DNA of 64,000 bases, taken from Phycisphaerae bacterium (GTDB lineage: Bacteria; Planctomycetota; Phycisphaerae; UBA1845; Fen-1342). Location: positions 100,680-164,679 of the forward strand of contig JASFQK010000007.1 in NCBI GenBank assembly GCA_050115495.1, given 5' to 3'. The position numbers were made by a program, and so were the translations under genes. How positions within the stretch are numbered: position 1 is the stretch's first letter; each line of letters begins with the position of its first letter. The notes beneath the pieces are model-generated. The model worked only from the letters and a program-made list of their open reading frames with translations. It searched no databases and had not been told where the DNA came from. Below, piece by piece: positions 30,090 through 39,979 of the stretch.

Positions 30090-31199
30090 TCACTCCCGCT
30101 CCGGCAGGGGCAGCACGATATCAAACCGCGCCCCGCTGCCCGGCACGTTCGCCGCCGTGATCGTCCCGCCCATCTCGCTCACGAAGCCGTGCACGACCGC
30201 CAGGCCCAGACCGGCGTTCTTCGACGCCCCGCGGCCCAGCACGCCCTTCGACGTGTAGAACGGCTCGAACAGATGCTCCATGTCCTCCGGCGCCACGCCG
30301 CCGCCCGTATCGGCCACCGACAGCGTCACACTCCCCTCATCGCGCCGCGCCACCGTCACGCTCAGCGTGCCTCCGTTCGGCAGCACGTCGAGCGCGTTCT
30401 CCGTCAGGTTTTCGAGGATGGTCAGCATGCGCTGCCGCGGCACCGGACACGTCGGAATGTGCTGCCAATCGAGGAACAGCCGCACGTGCCGCGTCGCCAG
30501 TCGCTCTTCGACCCGATCGAAGTAGTACAGCACCGTCTCCGTCAGGTCGGACAGGTCGTCGTCGCGATGATCCGCCCCGGCAAACGCCAACAGCCGCCGC
30601 GTGATGTCCGCCCCGTGCCCGATCGCCTCGGCCGTCCGCTGCAGCGCCCGCCGCATCGCCGTCAACGTGTTCATGTTCATCGCGTATTCGATGCTGGTCG
30701 CGACGGAACAGAGCAGGTTGTTGTAGTGATGCGCCACCGCCCCCGATAGCTTGCCCAGGTAGGCCAATCGCTCGTTCTTCTTCACGCTGCGCAGCAGCCG
30801 CTTGCGCTTCGTGATGTCTCGCAGCCACAGCGACACGCCCAGCAGCGTCCCGTCGGGCTCCAGCACCGGCGTGCCGTACACGGCGAATTCGAGCGGATCA
30901 GCCTCCGTCCCGCCCAGTCGGATCTGAAACTCACCCGGTTCGAGCGTCGTCAGGCACGTCTCGACCATCTCCGCCACCCGGGCCCGGTCCGCCTCCGGGA
31001 ACACGTCGGCCGCCGGCAGACGCTGCTCCGGCCGAATCGTGCCGGCGAACAGCTTCGCCGCCGCCGCATTGCAGGCCACGATCCGCCCGTCCGTATCCGC
31101 CGCGATGATGGCGATTCCCGCACCTTGGAAGAGGCTCCGCAGGTAGCCTGCATCCAACCGCCCCGAGGCCGGTGTTTCTCTAGCGGCGCTGGTCGACAT
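30090..31199 (-). CDS. PAS-domain sensor histidine kinase (cytoplasmic)
   Basis: PAS (DTDGRIVACNAAA..RDIT), H-box AHHYNN, N-box ENALD, DTGGG, FEPFYTSK, GLGL. Confidence 0.92.
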   Translation of the reverse strand: MSTSAARETPASGRLDAGYLRSLFQGAGIAIIAADTDGRIVACNAAAAKLFAGTIRPEQRLPAADVFPEADRARVAEMVETCLTTLEPGEFQIRLGGTEADPLEFAVYGTPVLEPDGTLLGVSLWLRDITKRKRLLRSVKKNERLAYLGKLSGAVAHHYNNLLCSVATSIEYAMNMNTLTAMRRALQRTAEAIGHGADITRRLLAFAGADHRDDDLSDLTETVLYYFDRVEERLATRHVRLFLDWQHIPTCPVPRQRMLTILENLTENALDVLPNGGTLSVTVARRDEGSVTLSVADTGGGVAPEDMEHLFEPFYTSKGVLGRGASKNAGLGLAVVHGFVSEMGGTITAANVPGSGARFDIVLPLPERE

Positions 31200-32106
31200 G
31201 CACTATTTCCGTGCGCAGAAAGAGGTACGAATCGTACGCTTCGCCATCCACCGTATCACGCAGGAAGATCCCGCCCACAAGGCCGCAGACGTCCGCTTTC
31301 TCTCCCGGCCCCACCAGCAGGTACTCCTGTGGCCCGAGCGCCAGGGCAAACGCCGCCGCCGCGAACGCCCGTCCCGGCCGTCGCGAGCCCGCTGCCCAGC
31401 CCTCGTCTGTCTGCATCCAGTCGGAGACCGCCGGCATTCGAATCTCCGGCACCACGCTTAGATATGCACGCTCCACGTCCTGCGCATCCAGCGTGTAGGT
31501 CACCCGTAACACTCGTCGGCTCCCCGGCCACGTCTCTCCACTCAGAATGCCGTCCGGCTCCAGATAGAAGATCGTCTGGTCCCGGTCCTGACCGTCCAGC
31601 TCCAGGGCCAGCGGCACACCCGGCGGCGTTCGTAGCGGCGGCAGCTCGTTGCGCCGCGCATCTTCGATCGCCTCCAGCACCATCTCCAACTCGCCCCAGC
31701 GCTCCGTCCGCCCCACTCCCACGCGCACACCATTGCGCTGCAGCCGCTGCCGCGTGGCGCTGTCGAACACATCCTCGCGCAATGGGGCCCAAAGCGCCTC
31801 CATCGTCGACCGTTGCGCCCGCGGAATCTGCACGCGCAAAACGCGCAGGTGAATGTCGAGCCGCTGCTCGGCCGCCGCTGCGGGCGAACGCGTCTGCGTT
31901 CGGCTCTCCGTGAATCCCGTATCTGCTGCTGGAACCGGATCCCCCCTGTCGCTTGCCGCCCCCGGCCACCCCCAACCCCCGCCGCGCCATCCTTCCTGAC
32001 ATCCCCCCGAGAGCATCACGGCCAGCATCGCGATGGCGACATGGCCGCTCGCCCGGCGGCAAAGCCGCCAACCAGCTTTATATTTGCGCCGCCAACAACC
32101 AACCAT
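31180..32106 (-). CDS. hypothetical lipoprotein
   Basis: signal ending LSGG-C; lies between ispD and the kinase on the same strand; start uncertain. Confidence 0.65.
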   Translation of the reverse strand: MVGCWRRKYKAGWRLCRRASGHVAIAMLAVMLSGGCQEGWRGGGWGWPGAASDRGDPVPAADTGFTESRTQTRSPAAAAEQRLDIHLRVLRVQIPRAQRSTMEALWAPLREDVFDSATRQRLQRNGVRVGVGRTERWGELEMVLEAIEDARRNELPPLRTPPGVPLALELDGQDRDQTIFYLEPDGILSGETWPGSRRVLRVTYTLDAQDVERAYLSVVPEIRMPAVSDWMQTDEGWAAGSRRPGRAFAAAAFALALGPQEYLLVGPGEKADVCGLVGGIFLRDTVDGEAYDSYLFLRTEIVHVDQRR

Positions 32107-32217
32107 GGGCTGCGCTCACCTGCTCGGCGGGACCCTGCGCGCCCGCCTGGCGCTGCGAAAAACACGCTCCTCCATCATACATCTTACCGTCTTGCTCCCC
32201 CGCTTACCACGCCCCCC

Positions 32218-32955
32218 TTACCATTGCGCCTCCTCAAACGGCCCACGCGGCGCCGGCCCTTTCACCTTTTTGGCCAAAGACTTAAGCAACACACCGGCAA
32301 TATCCATATCTCCCGGCGTGGTGATCTTGATATTCCGACGGTCGGCCTCCACAACCGTTACACCATGCCCGAGCCGCTCCACCACCGCCGCATCGTCCGT
32401 CGGCACCGCATCGTCCGGTAACTCCTGGTACGCCCGCAGCAGCAACTCCCGCTTGAACACCTGCGGCGTCTGGGCCTCGAACAGCCCCTCGCGCGATACG
32501 GTCTCGTCAATCACCCCCGCCCCCGACACCCGCTTGATCGTCCCCGTCAGCGGCGCCGCCAGAATCGCCGCCCCGCTCTTGCCCGCCTCCGCAAACACCG
32601 CGTCGATCCAGTTCTCCAGCACGAACGGCCGCACCGCGTCGTGCACGCAGACCAGGTCCGCCTCAGGGTCCACCGCCTCCAGCGCCGCCCGCACCGACTG
32701 AAACCGCTCCGCCCCACCCTTCACCAGCTTCAATCCCATGAACATCAGGTTCGCCGCGTACTTCTCCTTCACCACGTCGTAGTCGTCCGGCGCCACGGTG
32801 AGAATCGTCTGGCAGACGTCCGGACGGTTAAGGAACAGCTCGATGGTCCGGATGAAGATGGGCCGGCTGTCGATCTGCGCGAACGGCTTCTTCACCTGCC
32901 CGCCGAACCGCTTGCCCGCACCCGCCGCCGTAACGATCACTGCCACTTTCGACAT
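32218..32955 (-). CDS. ispD: 2-C-methyl-D-erythritol 4-phosphate cytidylyltransferase
   Basis: AAGAGKRFG..KKPF, GGAERFQSV, VHDAVRP, QTPQVF, TDD, NIKITTPGD. Confidence 0.96.
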   Translation of the reverse strand: MSKVAVIVTAAGAGKRFGGQVKKPFAQIDSRPIFIRTIELFLNRPDVCQTILTVAPDDYDVVKEKYAANLMFMGLKLVKGGAERFQSVRAALEAVDPEADLVCVHDAVRPFVLENWIDAVFAEAGKSGAAILAAPLTGTIKRVSGAGVIDETVSREGLFEAQTPQVFKRELLLRAYQELPDDAVPTDDAAVVERLGHGVTVVEADRRNIKITTPGDMDIAGVLLKSLAKKVKGPAPRGPFEEAQW

Positions 32956-33138
32956 GGCCTGTCTCCTGCAACGCCCCGTTTCCGCCACGTACCATGCGTC
33001 GGCCGGGCCCCGCGGTCAAGACGGCGCCCCCCTACGCCGCTGTTCACGGGCGCCGTATCATGTGGGTGGCCGGATGGACCGGCACGCGACCCCGCGGCCG
33101 ACGCGAACCAACCCGAACCGGCCGGGCGAGGAGAACCC

Positions 33139-34947
33139 ATGACGACGTGCCCCCGCCGCTGTTGTTACGCCGCCGTCGCCACCCTGCTGGTGCTGCTGCC
33201 CGGCTGCAATTGGGGTAGGCGCGAGCTGCCGCCCGAACCGCCGCCGCGTCCGGCCGTCGTCGCGGACCCCTACCTTGAAGGCACCATCGGCGCCCTCACC
33301 TACCTCGGCAACGCCGAAGGACAGATCATCCGCGGCTTCGGCGTAGTTATCGGTCTCGGTGAGAATGGCAGCACCGACTGCCCCACCATCATCCGCGACC
33401 ACCTCATGGAGATCATGACCAAGGAGGCCGAGACGTGGGGCTCGCTTCAGGAGCGCCAGCGCTTCTCGCCCGCCGAGCTCATCGACTCCCAGTCCACTGC
33501 CGTCGTCGAGGTCAGCGGCCTCGTGCCCGCCGGCGCCCCGGCCGACACCCGCCTCGACATCCAGATCGCCGCCATCCCCGGGACCTCGACCCGCTCGCTC
33601 GCCGGCGGCCTGCTGCTGCCCTGCGAGCTGCGCCTGCCCGAGGCCAGCGGCGACTATGAAGAGCTTCTCGGCGGCCCCATCGTCGCCCGCGCCGGCGGCC
33701 CCGTCTTCGTCGACCCCTTCGTCCCCGACGCCGACGACCCGAGAGTCAGCCGCCTGCCGGTCGGCACCATCCTCGGCGGCGGTTGGATCCTCTCCGAACG
33801 CCCCACGCGTCTGCTCCTTCAGGAGCCGTCCTACCCGATCGTCCGCCGCCTCCGGGATCGCATCAACGAGCGACTCGGCCAGCGGCACGAGGCCGCGGAA
33901 TCCATGAGCCGCGGCTACCTCGTCCTGCACACGCCGTCTGAGTACGCCGCCCAGCCTTCCGAGTTCCTGCAACTGGTGACGCACCTGTACCTCGATACGC
34001 ACCCCACCTTCGTCGAGCGCAAGACCCGCGAGCTGATCGACGCGTTCAGCCGTCCCGGCGCTGACTTCGACCGCATCGCCCTCGTCCTCGAAGGCATCGG
34101 CCCCACGGTCGTACCCTACATCCAGCCGCTCTACGCACACAGCGACGCCGCCGTGCGCTGCTACGCCGCTCGCACCGGCCTGCGTCTCGAAGACGTGACC
34201 GCGCTGCCCGTGCTCGATGCCCTCGCCGCCTGGCCAGACAAGGACATCGCCCTGCAGGCCATCTACGAGCTGGGCCGCTGCCGCTATCCGCAGGCGGCCA
34301 ACCCGCTCGCCCCGCTGCTGGACAGCGACGATACCGAAATCCGCATCGCCGCCTACAACGGCCTGCGCCACCACCGCCACCCCAAGATCAGCTCGCGCCG
34401 CTATCCCATGCTGATCGACCCGCTGCAACTGAACGTCGTCCTCGACATCGTGGACTGCCGCGGCGAGCCGTTGATCTACGTCCGCCGAACGGGCGTGCCG
34501 CGCATCGCCGTCTTCGGCGCCCGCATGCCCGTGCGGCTGCCCGTCTTCTACGTAGCCGAGGACGATTCTGTAACCGTCACGGCCGATGACGTCGCCAGCG
34601 ACCTGACGCTGTTCGCCAAGCGCCGCGGCGTCCTGTCCGACCCGCTGCACATTCCGCCGCGCGTGACCGACCTGGTGACCGCCCTCGCCGACCTGCCGGC
34701 CGACGATGACGACACCGCCGCCAGCCGGCACCGCGGGCTCGGCCTGCCCTACTCGCAGGTCGCGCAGATCCTCGGCGCCTTGTGCGATAGCGGCGCCGTC
34801 CCGGCCAAGCTCGAAGTTGAGCTCGGACGGGCCGGCGCGCCGCAACGCGGTCCCGAGGCCGTGCCCGAGCGGCCGGAGACCGACTCCGTCACGCCGCCAC
34901 CGCCGCCGCCCGCACCGACCGAACCCGACAACCAGGACGAACCCTGA
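33139..34947 (+). CDS. FlgI (P-ring)-like lipoprotein fused to HEAT repeats
   Basis: lipobox LLPG-C; IRGFGVVIGLGENGS, SLAGGLLLPCEL, GTILGGG (FlgI-like); HEAT-like helices; GAGGAG RBS. Confidence 0.78.
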   Translation: MTTCPRRCCYAAVATLLVLLPGCNWGRRELPPEPPPRPAVVADPYLEGTIGALTYLGNAEGQIIRGFGVVIGLGENGSTDCPTIIRDHLMEIMTKEAETWGSLQERQRFSPAELIDSQSTAVVEVSGLVPAGAPADTRLDIQIAAIPGTSTRSLAGGLLLPCELRLPEASGDYEELLGGPIVARAGGPVFVDPFVPDADDPRVSRLPVGTILGGGWILSERPTRLLLQEPSYPIVRRLRDRINERLGQRHEAAESMSRGYLVLHTPSEYAAQPSEFLQLVTHLYLDTHPTFVERKTRELIDAFSRPGADFDRIALVLEGIGPTVVPYIQPLYAHSDAAVRCYAARTGLRLEDVTALPVLDALAAWPDKDIALQAIYELGRCRYPQAANPLAPLLDSDDTEIRIAAYNGLRHHRHPKISSRRYPMLIDPLQLNVVLDIVDCRGEPLIYVRRTGVPRIAVFGARMPVRLPVFYVAEDDSVTVTADDVASDLTLFAKRRGVLSDPLHIPPRVTDLVTALADLPADDDDTAASRHRGLGLPYSQVAQILGALCDSGAVPAKLEVELGRAGAPQRGPEAVPERPETDSVTPPPPPPAPTEPDNQDEP

Positions 34948-35870
34948 TGCCCAAGCCCACTCCGACCGGCCGCATGCGCTTGCAGAAGTTCCTCTCCGAC
35001 GCCGGCGTCGCCTCGCGCCGCCACGCCGAGGAGCTCATCCTCGAAGGCCATGTCCTGGTCAACAATGAAGTGATCGCCGAGTTGCCGGCGTTCGTCGACC
35101 CGACGAATGACACCGTCCTCGTCGACGGGGCCGTCGTCCGCATCCAGCGGCTGCGCTACTACCTCGTGCACAAGCCGCCGGGAGTCGTCTGCACGAACAG
35201 CGATCCGTCCGGACGGCCGCGGGCCATCGACCTGCTGCCGCCGCTGAAGCAGCGTCTCTTCCCCGTCGGCCGCCTCGACGAGGACAGCTCCGGCCTGCTG
35301 CTGATGACCAACGACGGCGAACTGGCCGAGCTCGTGACGCATCCCCGCTTCGGCGTGCCGAAGGTCTACCGGGCCGAGGCCCGCGGCCGCGTCGCCCGCG
35401 ACCTGCCCGAGCGCATGAAGCAGGGCGTGTACCTGTCCGAGGGCAAGGCCCGCGCTGCCGACGTCGAGATCGTCCGTACGACGGAGAAGAGCTCGATCCT
35501 GAACATCACGTTGCGTGAGGGCCGCAACCGCCAGGTCCGGCGGATGTTGGCCAAGCTCGGGCATCCGGTGCGCAAGTTGAAGCGGCTTCAGATTGGACCG
35601 CTGTCGCTCAAGGGCCTACCCGTCGGCGCCGCTCGCGAGCTCACCGCGCGCGAACTGGAGATGCTGCGCGAAGCGCTGGCCGAAGCCGTCCGGGCCCAGG
35701 CCGCCCGCCGTCGGCAAACTCGCCCGGGCAAGCCGCGTACGCGCACCAGCACCGCGCCGAAGGCGAAAGCCGCCGGCAAACCGAGCCCCACCGCCCGCCC
35801 ATCCGGGCGCACCCGCGGCCCAGGCCGCAAGCCCGAACCCCCAACACTCAAGCGCCGCATCGTCGGTTGA
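34947..35870 (+). CDS. rluB: 23S rRNA pseudouridine synthase RluB/RsuA family
   Basis: S4 domain RLQKFLSDAGVASRR, HKPPG, GRLDEDSSGLLLMTNDG, EGRNRQVRRM. Confidence 0.93.
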   Translation: MPKPTPTGRMRLQKFLSDAGVASRRHAEELILEGHVLVNNEVIAELPAFVDPTNDTVLVDGAVVRIQRLRYYLVHKPPGVVCTNSDPSGRPRAIDLLPPLKQRLFPVGRLDEDSSGLLLMTNDGELAELVTHPRFGVPKVYRAEARGRVARDLPERMKQGVYLSEGKARAADVEIVRTTEKSSILNITLREGRNRQVRRMLAKLGHPVRKLKRLQIGPLSLKGLPVGAARELTARELEMLREALAEAVRAQAARRRQTRPGKPRTRTSTAPKAKAAGKPSPTARPSGRTRGPGRKPEPPTLKRRIVG

Positions 35871-35904
35871 TGAGTCTGTGGATTAGTCTCGGGTAGGCCA
35901 GGCG

Positions 35905-36204
35905 AATGAATGTCGGGCGGAGCACCCGACCCACCCAGGGCCGGGGACTGTCTCACCAGCTCTCTCGCCCGGCATTCGTTGATGTCTGGACCCTTCTGCC
36001 TCCGCGCGCCCTCCGGGCGAAGAAGACACAGAGGAATTGAGGCTCCGGGCCCAGGGACTTCAGTCCCTGGTGGACGACAAGCCCCTCCCTTCTCTCTCCT
36101 CTCCGCCCGGAGGGCGCACGAACAGAAGAGAAAAGGGATAAGGAAAACGGGACACTCTACTTTCTGGTGCAAGGAAGACTCGATAAAGTAGAATGTCCCC
36201 TTTT
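35905..36204. repeat. cluster of REP-like inverted repeats
   Basis: IR 35905-35919/35966-35980; GCGCCCTCCGGGCG 36006 / CGCCCGGAGGGCGC 36104; CCAGGGACTTCAGTCCCTGG 36051; AAAACGGGACACTCTACTTT 36144 / AAAGTAGAATGTCCCCTTTT 36185. Confidence 0.75.
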
Positions 36205-36252
36205 CTTGAATCCCGCGTATCGCCACGCCACGACAAGACGACGGTCGCCCGC

Positions 36253-36729
36253 TTACTGCTCGTGTTCGACCAGCTTGGCCACCTGCCGGATGGCTGCGCA
36301 GTACGCGCCCGCGTTGTCCCCCTGTTCCCACTCCTCGCAGAAGTTCCAACCCGGACAGTGCGTGCACAAGAAGCCGGGAATTGCGACGCCTTCCGTCCGC
36401 GACTCGCTGGCGGCGATGTGACTGACCGTCGCCAGGAACAGCCGATAGTGCCAGTCATCGGCGGAGCGCGCCCAGCGGATCTCCTCCGTCTTCAGCCGCT
36501 CGTAGTGCTCCCAGTGCAGCACGCCGCGGCCGAACGCCTCGTCGAGCACCTCGCCAACCCGTGCTCCCCAGGCCCGCAGCGTATCCGCCTGCTGCGACAG
36601 ATCGTCGAGCGAAGTCGATTCCTGCTCTCCGGAATGTAGCGATCCCACATCGCGCTCCAGACCGGCGGCGAACACCCGCAAACGCTCCGCAATCTCATGC
36701 ATGGGACGATTAAGGGACATGAACACCAT
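36253..36729 (-). CDS. hypothetical protein (Cys-containing C-terminus)
   Basis: 158-aa ORF with protein-like composition, GGAAGGA upstream; CTHC..C..C. Confidence 0.6.
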   Translation of the reverse strand: MVFMSLNRPMHEIAERLRVFAAGLERDVGSLHSGEQESTSLDDLSQQADTLRAWGARVGEVLDEAFGRGVLHWEHYERLKTEEIRWARSADDWHYRLFLATVSHIAASESRTEGVAIPGFLCTHCPGWNFCEEWEQGDNAGAYCAAIRQVAKLVEHEQ

Positions 36730-36903
36730 CCTTCCCGGCCGCCGTACGCAGCGGGCCGGATGATGTGTGGTCTCGCTGCGCCGGGGCCTGGGTCGTCTCC
36801 CACCGCCGACCCATTGTAGTATGCGCTACGAAGCCGGTTCTGGCCACCATTATTGCCGGCCCGCGTCGCGGCCGCCGTATTCGGACGCCATCGCGCCCAC
36901 CAG

Positions 36904-39069
36904 TCACGCCCGCAACGCTTCCCGCAACTCCTCAACCGTCGCCGCCGGCGGCCGACACGTTCCCCCGCGACACACATACACCGCTGTAGCGTCGTCCCCC
37001 CGTGGGCGACGTACATCCGCAGCGTCCGGGCTCCGTACCGAACGTTCTTCCGCTGTAGCGGCCGACCTCCGTGTCGGCCGTCGATCATCGAAAGACGCCG
37101 CTCCCCCCAACATCAACACCCGATTCGGCAAGTACTCCCGCCGAATCTCCGCCAGCAGCGCCCGCGTATCCGCCGCGTCCGGATCGCCGGCGACGCGGAT
37201 CTCCACCGGCCCAACCAGGGCGAACTCCGCCGCCGCCAGGAAGCGCTCGGCGACCGCCGGCGCGTGGATCACGTCCGCCGCGAAGTGCTCCAGCGAGCGG
37301 TCCGCCATCACGCGCAGCTCCGGCTCGTCGAGCAGCACGCTCAGCCGTAGCAGGTTCATGAGCTGCATCGAGTTGCCCGACGGCACCGCCCCGTCGCGCA
37401 CGTCCCTGGCCCGCACGATCAGCCGCTCGTGGTCGTCCGCGGCGAAGTAGAAACCGCCGCTCGTCTCGTCGCGGTAGTGGTCGATCACGACGCGGTTCAA
37501 CGCCCGGGCGTGATCCAGCCAACGCCGCTCGAACGTCGCCTCGTACAGCTCCAGCAGTCCCTCGATCATGGCCGCGTAGTCCGGCAGAAACGCCGCCGCC
37601 GTCACGCGCCCCGCGCGACTGGCCCGCTGCAACCGCCCGCCGGCGCACTGCTCGGCCAGCACGAACTCCGCCGCCCGGCACGCCGCCTCGACGAACCGGC
37701 TCTCCCCGAGCACGGCCCCGACCCGCGCCAGGCTGCTGATCATCAGCCCGTTCCACTCTGCCAGGATCTTCTCGTCCCGCGCCGGCGGCACGCGCCGTCC
37801 GCGCACCGCCAGCAGCTTCTGCCGCCCGGCCGCCAGGCGTTCGGCCAGTTCGTCCGCGCTGACGTCATTCAACCGAGCCACGGTGTCGATGTCGCGCATG
37901 ATCCGCAGCACGTTCTTGACCGTGTCCGGCTCATGCGGGTCCGACCAGTTGCCCGCCTCGCTCACGTCGTAGTACGCGCAGAACAGCTCGCCGTCCCGCT
38001 CGCCCAGCGCGGCCAGAACCTCCGCTTTCGTCCAGACGTAGTACTGACCCTCCCGGCCCTCGCTGTCCGCGTCGCGCGCGCTGTAGAAGCCGCCCTCCGG
38101 CGCTTGCAGATCGGCCAGCACGTAGTCGCAGATCTCCGTGGCGATCCGCTTGTACAGCGGCTTGCCCGTCACCTGAAACGCATCGACGTACGCCCGGCTG
38201 ACCAGCGCCTGGTCGTACAGCATCTTCTCGAAGTGCGGCACGTGCCAGCGCACATCCGTGCTGTAGCGGGCGATGCCTCCGCCCAACTGATCGTAGATAC
38301 CGCCGTGGGCCATCGCATCGAGCGTCAGCTCCACCAACTCCCGTAGCCGCCCGCCCTCCGCATCCTCCGGCCCGCGCCGCGCCGCCGCCCGCAACAGCAG
38401 ATCGATAGCCATGCTCGGCGGGAACTTGTTCGTCCCGCCACTGATCATCCCGCCACGTTCCGGATCGAACGCCGCCGCCAATGCCAACGCCGCCCGATCC
38501 ACGTCCGCCAGCGAGATCGTCCCCTCATCACCGCTCGATTGCAGGCTGTGCGCCACCGCCCGCGTCAGCCGCTCGGCGCTGGCCGCCACACCCTCGCGAT
38601 TGTCCGTCCACGCCGCCGCCACCCGCGTGCACACGTCCTGAAAGCTCGGCCGCCCCCAGCGCACCTCCGGCGGAAAGTACGTCCCGGCGAAAAACGGCTT
38701 CAGCTCCGGCGTGAGCCACACGCTCATCGGCCAGCCGCCCTGCCCCTGGTTCATGAGCACCGTGGCTTGCATGTAGATCTCGTCGAGGTCCGGCCGCTCC
38801 TCGCGATCCACCTTGATGTTCACGAACAGCCGGTTCATCAGCGCCGCCGTCGCCTCGTCCTCGAAGCTCTCGTGCGCCATGACGTGACACCAGTGACACG
38901 CCGAATAGCCGATGCTCAGAAAGATGGGCTTGTCCTCGTCGCGCGCCTTCTGCAGCGCCTCCGCCCCCCACTCGTACCAGTCCACCGGGTTGTGCGCGTG
39001 CTGCAACAGGTACGGCGACGCGGCGTTGATCAACCGGTTCGTGTGCCCCGATCGGGTCGTGGCATCCAT
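36904..39069 (-). CDS. thioredoxin-domain protein YyaL/SPATA20 (DUF255) family
   Basis: [58 protein letters not shown]. Confidence 0.95.
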   Translation of the reverse strand: MDATTRSGHTNRLINAASPYLLQHAHNPVDWYEWGAEALQKARDEDKPIFLSIGYSACHWCHVMAHESFEDEATAALMNRLFVNIKVDREERPDLDEIYMQATVLMNQGQGGWPMSVWLTPELKPFFAGTYFPPEVRWGRPSFQDVCTRVAAAWTDNREGVAASAERLTRAVAHSLQSSGDEGTISLADVDRAALALAAAFDPERGGMISGGTNKFPPSMAIDLLLRAAARRGPEDAEGGRLRELVELTLDAMAHGGIYDQLGGGIARYSTDVRWHVPHFEKMLYDQALVSRAYVDAFQVTGKPLYKRIATEICDYVLADLQAPEGGFYSARDADSEGREGQYYVWTKAEVLAALGERDGELFCAYYDVSEAGNWSDPHEPDTVKNVLRIMRDIDTVARLNDVSADELAERLAAGRQKLLAVRGRRVPPARDEKILAEWNGLMISSLARVGAVLGESRFVEAACRAAEFVLAEQCAGGRLQRASRAGRVTAAAFLPDYAAMIEGLLELYEATFERRWLDHARALNRVVIDHYRDETSGGFYFAADDHERLIVRARDVRDGAVPSGNSMQLMNLLRLSVLLDEPELRVMADRSLEHFAADVIHAPAVAERFLAAAEFALVGPVEIRVAGDPDAADTRALLAEIRREYLPNRVLMLGGAASFDDRRPTRRSAATAEERSVRSPDAADVRRPRGDDATAVYVCRGGTCRPPAATVEELREALRA

Positions 39070-39398
39070 TCCGCTCAATCCTCTCGCTTGGCAACCAGAG
39101 ATTGCGTTGCACCGCCAACCAGCAACCGCACAGCCGGTGCCGTCGGCAGCGCGCCGCGAAGAAGACGTGGGTTACTCATGGCCGGCGCCGCTCAGCGCAG
39201 CGCACAGTGGATTCTTGCATCCGCCAACGCGGAGTCAAACCCCCTCACCCCAGCGTGTGCGCGACGTCCGCGAATCCGACGACTGCCGCAAACGGCCTGC
39301 AACGGCTGTCAGTTTGACCGGGTTTCCGACCGCGCCGCCGCCACGGAGAACTTCCGTAACTACTTGTATTTTCGGCACTTACATCAAGCACACCCCAC

Positions 39399-39415
39399 TG
39401 GCACACCCCGTGCAA
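39399..39415 (+). promoter_or_regulatory. putative sigma54 (-24/-12) promoter of hsp20 pair
   Basis: TGGCAC-ACCCC-GTGCAA with exact GG-N10-GC spacing, 60 bp upstream of ATG. Confidence 0.65.
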
Positions 39416-39475
39416 TATCCCATCACCGACGGCCGGCGGCGTGAGAAAACCCGGCCGAATGAAAGGAGAACCAAG

Positions 39476-39916
39476 ATGCTGACCAGATACCGAATCCCGT
39501 TGGCACCCCTCAGTGAACTGCGTCGCGAAATGGACCGCCTCTTCGACGAGTTCGGCTTCGACTTCGGCCGCGCCGGCGGCCTGCGCCAGCCGCGTTCCTA
39601 CCCCGCGCTCAACATCTGGGACGACGGCGACGCCCTCTGCGCCGAGGCCGAGATCCCCGGCGTCCGCAAGGAAGACCTCGAAATCTCCGCCATGGGCAAC
39701 GAGCTCATCATCAAGGGTCGCCGCACACTCCCCGAGGGCGGCAAGCGCACGTACCACCGCCAGGAACGACTCAGCGGCGAGTTCGTCCGCGCCATCACCC
39801 TGCCCGTCGACGTGGATGCCGACCGCATCGAGGCGTCCCTGAACAGCGGCGTGCTCAGCCTGCGTCTGCCGAAGGCCGAGACCGCCAAGCCGCGCAAGAT
39901 TACCGTCCGCGCGTAA
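39476..39916 (+). CDS. small heat shock protein Hsp20/alpha-crystallin
   Basis: LRREMDRLF, AEIPGV, ER..GEFVR, GVLSLRLPK, KPRKITV; AAGGAG RBS. Confidence 0.95.
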   Translation: MLTRYRIPLAPLSELRREMDRLFDEFGFDFGRAGGLRQPRSYPALNIWDDGDALCAEAEIPGVRKEDLEISAMGNELIIKGRRTLPEGGKRTYHRQERLSGEFVRAITLPVDVDADRIEASLNSGVLSLRLPKAETAKPRKITVRA

Positions 39917-39979
39917 GAGCCATTGATCGTTCGGGCGCCCCCGGCGCCCGAACGCCTGCATCATGAAGGAGCAACGATC

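Noticed and set aside
33139..34947. Flagellar gene cluster
   Set aside because: Only one FlgI-like gene; no other flagellar genes in the window.
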